From: Octopus vulgaris
Lineage: Eukaryota
Assembly (NCBI GenBank): GCA_951406725.2
Contig: OX597822.1
Coordinates: forward strand, 68,944,001 to 69,008,000
Direction of reading: 5' to 3'
Length of the DNA: 64,000 bases
Position numbers and translations under genes: made by a program
The notes under the pieces: generated by a model
The model's database searches: none
Seen by the model: the letters and a program-made list of their open reading frames with translations, nothing else
Told to the model about the DNA's origin: nothing
Shown here: positions 53,334-64,000 of the stretch, one piece after another
How the letters are laid out: every line of letters starts with the position of its first letter
How positions within the stretch are numbered: position 1 is the first letter of the stretch

Positions 53334-53660
53334 TGGACATGTTTACAAAGTCAGAAAACAGCACAGCTCCCATGACTTTCGGAAACATTTTTCCACGCTA
53401 AGAGTTGCTGAAGCATGGAACAGACTGCCGGCATCAGTTGTTAGTTGTCGGAGCGCTGCATCCTTCGATACTTCCATGCTTCCTGAGATTCACCAACACT
53501 ACACCTCATTTTCTCCCCTCCATACATACGCAAGCATGTATCTGACTCATACACTGTTCACTTTCCAGACATTTCTACATTACTGCATATTCTTTATATG
53601 CACTTTTGACAAATTGTGGTGCACCTGAGCATTGTATACAATAATTTCATCATTATTATT
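53334..53660 (+). mobile_element. CR1-clade LINE 3' fragment
   Basis: GHVYKVRKQHSSHDFRKHFSTLRVAEAWNRLP motif; 3'UTR shared with the 50579 copy; third copy at 54415-54659. Confidence 0.85.
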
Positions 53661-54837
53661 TATTTTCTTCCTCGTTTTTTTTTTCTTTTGTAAATCATGT
53701 TCTTTTTCACGGCTCCTCCACATCAATCATCGCCATTGTCATCGACATCATTATTTTTGTCTACTTTTCCACGCTTGCATGGGTCGGACGGAGCTTTTTG
53801 AGACTGATTTTCTACAACCAGACGCCCTTCCTGTTTCCAAGCAAAGAAATATTTCTCCATGGACAGATATGTTTTAGCAGAATATTAGAGATGGATGTCA
53901 CTGCTTGTATGACAACGACTATGATGCAATGTTAAGATAAGGAGACACAAACACACACGCGCACACACACACATACACACACGAACACTCTCCCAATACA
54001 CATGAACACAGACGTGTGTGTGTATCTGTGTATACGACGAACTTCCTCCAGTTTCTATCTTCTAAATCGTCTGCCGTTACGTTCTGAGTTCAAATTCCGC
54101 CGAGGTCAACTTTGCCTTTCATCCTTTTGGGGGTCGATAAATTAAGTTCCTGTTACGCACTGGGGTCGATGTAATCGACTTAATCCCTTTGTCTGTCCTT
54201 GTTTGTCCCCTCTATGTTTAGCCCCTTGTGGGTAATAAAGAAACATATCTTCTAAATCCACTCACAAGGTTTTTGTCAGCCTGGGGTTTATAATAGAAGA
54301 CATTTGCCCAAGGTGCCACTCAGTGGGATAGAACCCAAAACCATGTGGTTGGGAAGCAAACTTCTTAACCACACAATCCCAGTCAAAACTCTTCCTTCTA
54401 TACTCTTGTAACAGTTAAGAGTTGCTGAAGTAAGGAACAAACTACCAGCATCAGTTGTTAGTTGTTGGAGCCCTGCATCCTTCAAAACTTCCATGCTTTC
54501 TGAGATTCGCAAACACTACTCCTGATTTTCTCCCCTCCATACACATGCAAGCATGTATCTGACTCATACACTGTTCGCTTCCCAGATAATTGTACATTAC
54601 TGCATATGCTTTATATGCACCTTTGACAGGATGTGGTGCACCCCTGAGTGCATTATTATATTTAAAAAAAAAGCAAAGTTTCACTTTTTAAGAAACATGA
54701 TTTAAATATGATTACCAGCGTCAATAGTGACCATAATGATAACAATAATGATGCAGAAGACCATATGAAGCAGAATATTACAGTGTATATAGCTTTGCTA
54801 TCTAGTCTAAGATTGCTGTCAAATAACCTGCTGACCA

Positions 54838-55060
54838 ATAATAACTCTCTGAACGAGGTATAAACAGTAACTGCACGACAATGTGAGGGATATTTGCCAT
54901 CTCAATATGGCTAACCACTAAGGGTGGGTGTTACTGTAGCTTGTAGCCCCAGGAGAACATCGTCTCCAGCTGGCTTTAGGCGATGTTCTCCTGGGGCTAC
55001 AAGCTACAGTAACACCCACCCTTAGTGGTTAGCCATATTGAGATGGCAAATATTCCTCAC
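54838..55060. repeat. Fold-back insertion: 84-bp inverted repeat inside a TSD
   Basis: Arms 54882-54965 and 54978-55061 (82/84 complementary), 12-nt spacer; direct repeat AACCTGCTGACCA at 54825-37 and 55061-73. Confidence 0.9.
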
Positions 55061-55268
55061 AACCTGCTGACCATTATTTATTAAAAAAATTTAGTTAATA
55101 GTTAAAAAATAAATCAATAAAAAACTAAAATTAAAGCGGCATGTCCACTCCCTCAATTAAATATCCTACAAGGGGACATGAGTGTTTCCTCCTAAACTCT
55201 TCTAACAGTTAAATGTAATGTGTTTCTGTATGATTAACTGTTTATTTGAAGTGGACAAAATAATCATA

Positions 55269-55473
55269 TACTCTTTTACTTGTTTCAGTCATTTGACTGT
55301 GGCCATGCTGGAGCAGTGCCTTTAGTTGAGCAAATCCACCCCAGGACTTATTCTTTGTAAGCCTAGTACTTATTCTATCGGTCTCTTTTGCCGAACCGCT
55401 AAGTTACGGGGGCGTAAACACACCAGCATCAGTTGTCAAGCGATGTTGGGGGGACAAACACACACACACACAT

Positions 55474-55520
<47 letters not shown>

Positions 55521-55640
55521 CATATATACGACAGGCTTCTTTCAGTTTCCATCTACCAAATCCACTCACAAGGATTTGTTCAACTAAAGGCAGTGCTCCA
55601 GCATGGCCGCAGGCAAATGACTGAAACTAGTAAAAGAATA
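55269..55640 (-). mobile_element. 5'-truncated family A SINE followed by an inverted copy of its own tail
   Basis: Arms 55269-55337 and 55572-55640. Confidence 0.8.
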
Positions 55641-57254
55641 AAAGAAAAGAAAGAAAAGAATAACAATAACTGTTTTTTTTTCTTCTTTTTTTACATGGCT
55701 TAAGCACACTGTACTCTCCTGCCAATAAATTTGATTTGATTTGATTTGTGGTAAACTGTGTAGTTTGTTAGATGCATGTGTAAAACTATGCAGGTCTCTA
55801 AGAGGGACAGTGTTAGGAATGCTTTATCCCCTGTTCAGAATTGTTGATAAGCATTCTGAGACATACACAAAATTATGCTTTGGAAATACGTGCATAGATA
55901 ACACCTTCCATTCTTATTGTGCAAATTGTTTAGGCCATAAATGTGTTAAGCTCTTTTTGTATGAGTTTAAGTATATTAGTGTCGGAGTGGTTGGCGTTAG
56001 GAAGGGCATCCAGTTGTAGAAACTCTGCCAAATCAAGATTGGAGCCTGGTGCAGCCATCTGGTTCACGAGCCCTCAGTTAAAATCGTCCAACCCATGCTA
56101 GCATGGAAAGTGAACGTTAAGCGATGATGATGATGATGATGATGATGGTGGAGGCATGTGGCTTAGTGGTTAGGGTGTCAGCATCATGATCGTAAGATTG
56201 TGGTTTCGATTCCTGGACCGGGCGATGTATTGTGTTCTTGAGCAAGACACTTCTTTTCACATTGCTCCAGTCCACTCAGCTGGCAAAAATGAGTAACGCT
56301 GCAATGGACTGGCATCCCATCCAGCTGGGGAACACATACGCCATGTTGATGATGGCCACTGAGCTGGAAACAAGTGTTTGCAACTGTCCTTTTATCTCCA
56401 GACAATAAGCCTATCCTTTTCCTTAATGGAATGCTAATTTTGGAGAATTCTTCATTCTTGAGAGTATTTTCTCTTCTCAACTGTTGGTGGTCTTAACTGC
56501 CATTCGGTAATTAAGACACATCTTCCAGAAACACAGATAATTATAATAAATTAAGAAGTTACGTTATATGGCATTTGATACGCCTGTAATTGTTTCTGTT
56601 GTTGAAGTACATGTTACTCTCAGTTCTGAACATGACGATGTTGTCAGTGGCGGCATTGTCACTGCTGCTGCCATCGTCATCATCATTATTATTGTTATTT
56701 AACATCTGTTTTCCATGCTGACATGGTTTGGATGATTTGACAGGAGCTGGCAATCTGGAGAGCTAGACCAGGCCTCAGTTGTCTGTTCTGACATGGTTTC
56801 TACAGCTGGATGCCCTTCTTTAAGAAGGGCACTTTACAGTATGTACACGGTGCTTTTATGTGGTGCTTGCATTGGTGGTTTTTATGTGGTGTCACCATGG
56901 TTGATCTTTATGTGGCTCAGGTACGGGTCCTTTTTTTGTGGCACACACACACACACACATATATATATAAATAAAAAGGGGTTTGTATGATTGTGTATAG
57001 AGGGATATATATTATTCAAAGGAATTCCAACTCTGTCTGTTTTTTATGTTTTATTTATATTCTTTATAATATTAATGTAGAATATAGAATATATAGTATA
57101 AATAGTATATATAGTAAAATGAAATGAAGTATTGATTGTCTTATTGAATAGATGAAATATTGAATATAAAATATTAAGAGACTAGTATACTTTCTTGCAT
57201 TTTAGCAGTCTTCAAGGTCCCAGGTTGTGACAGGAATGTTGACCTCATGTGTAC

Positions 57255-57438
57255 CGTTGACGATTTTTTTCCTTCTGTCTTTCCTTCTCTGGATCTTTCC
57301 TTCTCCTATGTTTCTGATGAAGAGCTCCGCTCAAAACGTTAAACCCTCCTTCTTTCCTGAGCGTCCAATAATACTATATTTGTTCCACGTCCTCATGTTG
57401 TTGTGTTTTTTTGTGCTTTCTTGTTTGGATTAACTTTA
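57255..57438 (+). mobile_element. Penelope-like terminal fragment (family P) with hammerhead variant
   Basis: GTTT-CTGATGA-A-GAGC-TCC-GCTC-AAAAC-GTT-AAAC at 57310-57344 (G12 to A); homologous to 33628-33816. Confidence 0.7.
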
Positions 57439-58633
57439 TATATATATGTGTAAATGTATAGATGTCTAAAATATTATTTTCTTCTTAAACAGAGAGATGA
57501 TGTTGACGACATTAAGAAGATGATGGAGGCGATGCAGAAAGAGATTGCCATATGCTGTTGGATGAGTGACCATGTGACTGCTGTTGTGTTGTCACTGGAA
57601 CTGGCTGTGTCCTGCGTGGTCAGTGGTTAGACATTAAAAGGTCTGGAACCGAAAGACATCAGCCTGATGTGAAGCTAGAGCTTTACAGTGAGCAGTCGGC
57701 TCAAACTGAAGTTTAGAAGAGATTGTCTCGCGTGACCCTATCAGAAGACTGTGATTGGTTGGGTTGCACATTGGCGTGCAATAGAGCAAGAGACAAATTG
57801 CACCAATACCAACCAATCAGAGTAGTGGACACAACAGGGTCCAAAAGGGTGGCCAAAGGCTAGCTGTTATCTACTACGTCCGTATTTGTGTATATATAAC
57901 AGAAAGAGAGAGAGAGAGGAATTTCCCTCAAGCGTGCGTGACACATGTCTCTGACTTGTTTTTTCTTCACAAAAACCAAAATTTGTCATTTTTATGCAGA
58001 AACACCCATCTCCCTATTTAGGCAAACTATAAAAAATACGTTTGAATGACTAGCCTTCTGTTAGACCTTCAACGGCCGGAAAAAGTTCAAAAGGTCAACT
58101 TATTCTCATTAATCTGTAATTGCTGAGAGAAGAAAACAAAAGACTTTAAATATATATTTTAAAATGCTGATTTTTCTGTGACTAAAAATTCTTCAAGCTG
58201 GCGCTCCAGCATGGCCGTAGTCCAGTAAATGAAACAAGTAAACAGATTTTTAGAAAATAAAAAAACCGAGAGGGTTATAAAAAACTTTCAAGTGATTTTG
58301 CTGTTATTTCTAGCATGTGGAGATACCTTCTAGGCTTAACTTCTCAAAAATTCTGGTGTCGTTACATTCAACTAAAAATTCTTCCAGGTGGTGCCCCAGC
58401 ATGGCCGCAGTATATCGACTAAAACAAGCAAGAGGTAAAAAAAAACGAAGGAAAAAAATCGAAAAATATAACCGTGGGGCTTTTGTCCACTTGCACACTT
58501 TAACTATGGAGCTTTTGTCATTAAAAATATATATGTACTCCCTATCAAATATGTTGAGTGCCATTTCCTTTCGTTTGTCCACTTACTTGTATGCATGTGT
58601 GCATACATGCATGCGTAATTGACTTCTTATAAT

Positions 58634-59015
58634 GGATGGAAGCACTCCGTCGGTTACGACGACGAGGGTTCCGGTGATCCGATCAACGGAACAGCCTGCT
58701 CGTGAAATTAACGTGTAAGTGGCTGAGCACTCCACAGGCACGTGTACCCTTAACGTAGTTCTCGGGGATATTCAGCGTGACACAGAGAGTGACAAGGCCG
58801 GCCCTTTGAAATACAGGTACAACAGAAACAGGAAGTAAGAATGAGAGAAAGTTGTGGTGAAAGAGTACAGCAGGGATCACCACCATCCCTGCCGGAGCCT
58901 TGTGGAGCTTTAGGTGTTTTCGTTCAATAAACACTCACAACGCCCGGTCTGGGAATCGAAACCACGATCCTACGACCGCGAGTCCGCTGCCCTAACCACT
59001 GGGCCATTGCGCCTC
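58634..59015 (-). mobile_element. tRNA-headed SINE family D, full length, CpG-rich
   Basis: Intact A/B boxes; perfect 11-bp TSD CTTCTTATAAT (58623-33, 59016-26). Confidence 0.92.
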
Positions 59016-60116
59016 CTTCTTATAATAACACGTTTTTAAATGAACAGTGAGACTGACGCTCAAGCATCTTTTAATGACTTTAGGTAGCACGAAGAATTAA
59101 ATATTTTATGACATGCAAAAAAAAAGCTAATCATTTGTTTTAGTTGTTAAACCCAGATTATTGTCTCGTTTCCACGAAATACTGCATATAGAACTACATT
59201 ATATAACGTTCTTTCTAACTTTTTAAGCGGTTAAATGTGACCTGAGGGAGAGATGGTTGTTATTTTTCGCAGGTTGAACGATTACACTGAAGATCGCTGA
59301 TATAAAGCCTGGAATATGTTTGAAGAAGAGAAATGTTTTCACCTGACACCGTTTAATTATGGCCGCATCCATGCTATCTCACAGAGATTGTGTAACTTAG
59401 TTTCGTTTATGATTTAAATTAAAAGCAATAAACTACTGAAGGAATATTTCAGTGAACATGTTTAAACTATAGAAAGATTGCTATCACCAAAGAAATCATA
59501 TTTATTCGTCTCACATCATTTAAATTTCGATCTCGGTGAAGGTAGGTCTGAAAATTATGTTTTCCATGAAGTTTACGAAATTGTGTGTTTTAACAGCTTG
59601 GGGCCAAAATGTTACATTTTTTTTTAAATGGACACAGCTGGAATGCCTTCGAATATGGGTATACTCGCCCAGAACTGGTATAGGACAAAACAACAATAAC
59701 AGCAATAGGTTTCAAAATACATTGCTCTCACGATTCTTGAGATGTCGATAACTTACAGTTGGATTAAGAATTTAACTATTAGACACACACAGACACTACA
59801 ACGACCACCACCTTCACCACAACCATCACACGTTCTAAATTAAGCTCTCAGTAATCCAGTTAAAGTTAGCTTTTGGGGCACAGTTTCAATTCCTGGTTGA
59901 GTCTATCCGCCGCATGTTTACTTCAAACCGAATCGAGGTAAAAACAGTCACAGGAAAAAAAAAAAATCATAGGGGTTTTGTCCGGGGGTGGGGTCCGAGG
60001 AGGTTTTGTCCTAGGGGTGTTTTGTGCGGATCCCATAAATTAATTGTGACTTTATTACCGGCCACCATAAATTGTGACTTTTTTTTTCTCCTAGCCAAAA
60101 TTGTGACTTTATTACC

Positions 60117-60393
60117 TATTTCTTTACTACCCACAAGGGGCTAAACACAGAGAGGACAAACGAGGACAGACATAGGTATTAAGTCGATTACATCGACTCC
60201 AGTGCGTAACTGTTACTTAATTTATCGACCCCGAAAGGATTAAAGGTAAAGTCGACCTCGGCGGAATTTGAACTTACAACGTAACGGCAGACGAAATGAG
60301 TTCAAATTCTGCCGAGGTCGACTTAACCTTTCATCCTTTCGGGGTCGATAAATTAAGTATCAGTTACGCACTGGAGTCGATGTAATCGACTTA
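60117..60393 (-). mobile_element. Family B SINE with fold-back inverted duplication
   Basis: 95-bp arms 60180-60274 and 60299-60393, 24-nt spacer. Confidence 0.88.
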
Positions 60394-62592
60394 CCGGTCA
60401 CTTTCAAACCTGCCATTTCCAGCCAGAGGAATAATTTTTTTTATCCAAGTACACTAAATAAAGTCGAAACTTTCAGTGGTGATCCAACGTTTCATTAAGG
60501 GTTATGGGACATTTTCATTTCAGTGTTTGTGCATGCATACATACGTACGTACGTGTATAATTGAGTTATGTACAGTTGTTTCACGCAGGTATCCAAATGG
60601 ACACTAGCAATTCTCTTCTGTGCATTGTAATGTAGAGAGTAAACAATAAGAGTGGCAAATCCCCAATTCTACTTCACATACACTGTAGAAAGGTTGGTCT
60701 CCACTCATTCGCCTAAGCGGAATCATAAGATATGGGTTTAATTAAATAGTTATCTATGTCACATAGAACAGGATCTATACACTTTACAACAAGCGTGTAT
60801 TGGGTATGTTTGTGTTTAGCTATTAGGTATTCTCTCCTCTAGTGTGTGTGTTTGTGTGTGTAGGCATGGTTGTATGGTATGAAGTTTGCTTCCCATTCAC
60901 ATGGTCTCAGGTTCGGCCTCACTGCACAGTATCTCGGGCAAGTGTCTTCTTCTATATTTAGTTCCAGGTCAACTAAAGCCTTGTGAGTGGATTTGGTTAA
61001 CAGAAACGGAGGAAACCATGTGTGTGTACCTTTGTCTTCACATTATGTGATGGTTGTAAGTGAACATCATTGTCATACAAGTACTCATCTCCAGTCTTCC
61101 ATGGAAAGCACATCCAACTATGTGAAAATATTACCTTCCTTGAAAACAGGTGAGGGTTGGCAATGAGAAGGGCATCTAGCTGTAGAAAATCTGCCTCAAC
61201 AAATTCTGTTTAACCCATGCAAACATGGAAAAGTGGACGTTAAACGATGATGTCACACATGTACATACTTTCCCTCTGCCTCATTGTTGGTTAACATAAT
61301 CCCTAATTCCATCGTCTCTATTTTACAAAATTGGTTCATATTGTTGGAGTTATTAACCTTGCTTGTTCTTTTTAGATTTAAACACCACTAGAGGGAGTTT
61401 TTGTCTTGTGAGGATAATCTTGGTTAACTTTTTTATATTATGTGTATGAGACACTGTGTGTGTGTGTGTGTATTTAAATGTCGTCATTTGCAAAAATATT
61501 TGCAAAAATCGGTCTAATCATCTCTGTCAATTTTTATTCAGAGACTGAAATATCTTCTGATTCTAAAGAGAAGGAATGTGGTTCTGACTATGCTAAGAAT
61601 GTGCTTCTGTCAGGAGAAATCCTTGGTGATAGTGAGGCCCAGCATTTGGAGCGACTATGAGGACTCTAGCTGAGTTTTGCATATTTTAGAGATGTGTTGC
61701 ATTGATGTTTGCATGATATGAAGAGTGCTTGAAACTTTTTGCTGGTAAAAAAGAGACAAATTTGGCATGGCCTTACTGGAGGATGCTCTTGAGTTCTTTG
61801 TTTATGGAATCAGTGCAAGTTTGGCATGTGGTTTATGAGTATTACTTTTCTTGTTAAATGAATCTTACCTTTCTCAAGTGTTCCTCAGCTGAAATGACTT
61901 CTATAAAAATATACACCACCAGTGCCACCACTTACTCCTACCACAACACTTAGCACTACCACCATTATCCACTAAACCAATGTAGATACCACCATCACCA
62001 ACTACTCCTACATTGTTCACCATAGTCAACCACCTTCACTGCCACTGCTGCCAACCTACAACCAGTCTTCACCATCCCCAGCTCCACCATCTGCAGCACC
62101 ACCGTCCCCAGAACCACCATCCCCAATGTGACCTCTACAGCGCCAACTGCACCAACATTTGGGGAGCTGCTGCTACTAGCACAAGCACCAGATTATCCAA
62201 ATTGGGAGGATCCATGTAAATACACATTTCCTTGACTGTATTTTTCTGAAGATAGACCTATTATCATCATCATCATCATTTAATGTCCGTTGTCCATGCT
62301 GGCATGGGTTGGACGGTTTGACCAGAGCTGGCAAGCTGGAAGGCTGCATCAAATTCCAATCTGATTTGGCTTGGTTTCTAAGACTGGATGCCCCTCCTTA
62401 TGCCAACCACTTTACACAGTGAGCTGGGTGCTTTTGACAAGGCACTGACACAAGGCCTTTAACTCCAAAATATAAAGATATTTTTAAAAGACTTTCTGCA
62501 TTGTTACAAACTTTCCTTATTTCTCCTTTTATTCATTTTTCTAACTCAAATCTGTTTTTTTTTTTTTTCTGATATTTCTTTTTGTAGAAACC

Positions 62593-63045
62593 ATGACTTT
62601 TGAAATTGTGGAAAAACTAAAGGTAAAAGCTGAAAGTATTTCAGCCAACCACATTTCTGTTATAGTCCTTCTGTTCCTCATCGTGTATCTCTTCCGTGCT
62701 GATGATATCTACAACCTGCAGCCAATGTGGAGAAAGCGGGCTGACACTCACCTCTATGCCAATGGGAAATATCCTTTAGAAAATGAAGCATTACCATCAC
62801 CCATTGTGACCGATCTCGACAGTGATGGCACCAATGAAATCATCCTGCTCTCAAATGACATGAAACTCAGCATCCTTGTTTTACCAGACGTTGATAACAG
62901 AGACGAAGAAGACAAAATCCTTCCTCACGTCATTGTCAAATGCAAGACTATGTTGAGCCCCAAGTCTGAGCAGCTAGGCTGGCCCGTTGCCATGACAACT
63001 GGTTACTTGCTTCCTTATAAGTCGATGGTCCAAGTCAGGAAACAG
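62593..63045 (+). CDS. First coding exon of an FG-GAP repeat membrane protein (plant NERD1/At3g51050-like); gene continues beyond the window
   Basis: Acceptor (T)nGTAG| at 62587/88, ATG in ACCATG context, donor CAG|GTGAGT at 63045/46 (phase 0, 151 codons); N-terminal hydrophobic anchor; motifs LPSPIVTDLDSDGTNEII, PVAMTTG and RKQ recall NERD1-family LPPPIVADLNGDGKKEV, AVAMATG and QKQ. Confidence 0.85.
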
Positions 63046-63144
63046 GTGAGTGTCATGTTTTTTGATGCATTTAATTCTTTCAATGAGTCTGTTTAGTATG
63101 TGTGTTTGAAGGTACATGACTAAGTAGTTAGGTTGTGGGTTCAA

Positions 63145-63500
63145 TACTCTTTTACTTGTTTCAGTCATTTGACTGTGGCCATGCTGGAGCACCGCCTTTA
63201 GTTGAGCAAATCGACCCCAGGACTTATTCTTTGTAAGCCTAGTACTTATTCTATTGGTGTCTTTTGCCAAACCGGTAAGTTACGGAGACGTAAACACACC
63301 AGCATTGGTTGTCAAGTGATGTTGGGGAGACAAACACAGACACACAAACATACACATGCACACATACATATACATATATGCATATACATATACATATATG
63401 CATATATACGAGGGGCTTCTTTCAGTTTCTGTCTATCAAATCCACTCACAAGGCTTTGGTCGGCCCGAGGCTATAGTAGAAGACACTTGCCCAAGGTGCC
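63145..63500 (-). mobile_element. SINE family A copy (intronic), abutting another SINE at 63501-63770
   Basis: Reverse-complement match. Confidence 0.85.
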
Positions 63501-64000
63501 AATCAACAGAACAGCCTGCTCGTGAAATTAATGTGCGAGTGGCTGAGCACTCCACAGACACATGCATGCTTAATGTAGTTCTCAGGAAGATTCAACATGG
63601 CACAGAACGTGACATGGCAAGACCTTTGAACTACAGGTACAACTTATTTTTGCCAGCTGAGCAAACTGGAGCAACATGAAATAAAGAGTCTTGCTCAAGG
63701 ACACAATGTGTAGCCAGGAATTGAACTCATGACTTTATGATTGTGGACTGAATACCTTAACCTTCATGCGCTTTCACAGTCAAATAATAAGTCAGTGTAG
63801 AATCAGCGACACCAAACATGTGGCACCAAAATGGTCCAGGCCAGAATGTCTCGTGCCTAGCTTTCTTATTTCTTTATTGCCCACAAGGGGCTAAACAGGG
63901 ACACATAAAGGGATTAAGTCGATTACATCGACCCCAGTGCGTAACTGATACTTAATTTATCGACCCCGAAAGGATGAAAGGCAAAGTTGACCTCGGCGGA

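Noticed and set aside
54838-54975. HDV-like or twister ribozyme in the palindromic element
   Set aside because: Could not assemble the required pseudoknots by eye on either strand
57493-57630. Exon-like segment RDDVDDIKKMMEAMQKEI
   Set aside because: Stops after ~45 codons, no recognisable homology, possibly repeat-derived
58940-59015. tRNA-like sequences with A/B boxes
   Set aside because: SINE heads continuous with SINE bodies and TSDs; no complete cloverleaf
63046-63096. ORF extension VSVMFFDAFNSFNESV
   Set aside because: Read-through into the intron after the canonical donor GTGAGT
349-63679. Hundreds of short ORFs rich in Y/I/H/T/C/V and recurring peptides such as QIHSQGFG and LPKVPCSGTEPG
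   Set aside because: They are translations of microsatellites and SINEs, not genes

Overview
AT-rich eukaryotic genomic DNA, very likely from a cephalopod (Octopus-type SINE landscape, TTAGGG repeats, spliced gene); this is inferred from repeat types, not from a search. Most of the window is interspersed repeats: at least four tRNA-headed SINE families, RTE- and CR1-type LINE 3' ends, hAT/piggyBac/Tc1-mariner MITEs, a DINE-1-like Helentron derivative, and many microsatellites. Nearly all ORFs in the supplied track are spurious. Recognisable coding content is a complete mariner (DD34D) element whose transposase has one frameshift (11144-12435), a decayed Gag-like CCHC ORF1 element (49036-50245), and the first coding exon of a NERD1-like FG-GAP protein gene (62593-63045). 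A dispersed 5S rRNA copy lies at 42041. The most notable hidden signal is a set of minimal type-I (Penelope-style) hammerhead ribozyme motifs from three repeat families. One family is a tRNA-headed SINE with the hammerhead in its tail, and it shows TSDs and a twin-priming-type inversion. Also seen are fold-back retro-insertions that form long hairpins, and tiny MITEs with telomeric-repeat cores and 6-bp TSDs. All coordinates were read by eye and may be off by a few bases.
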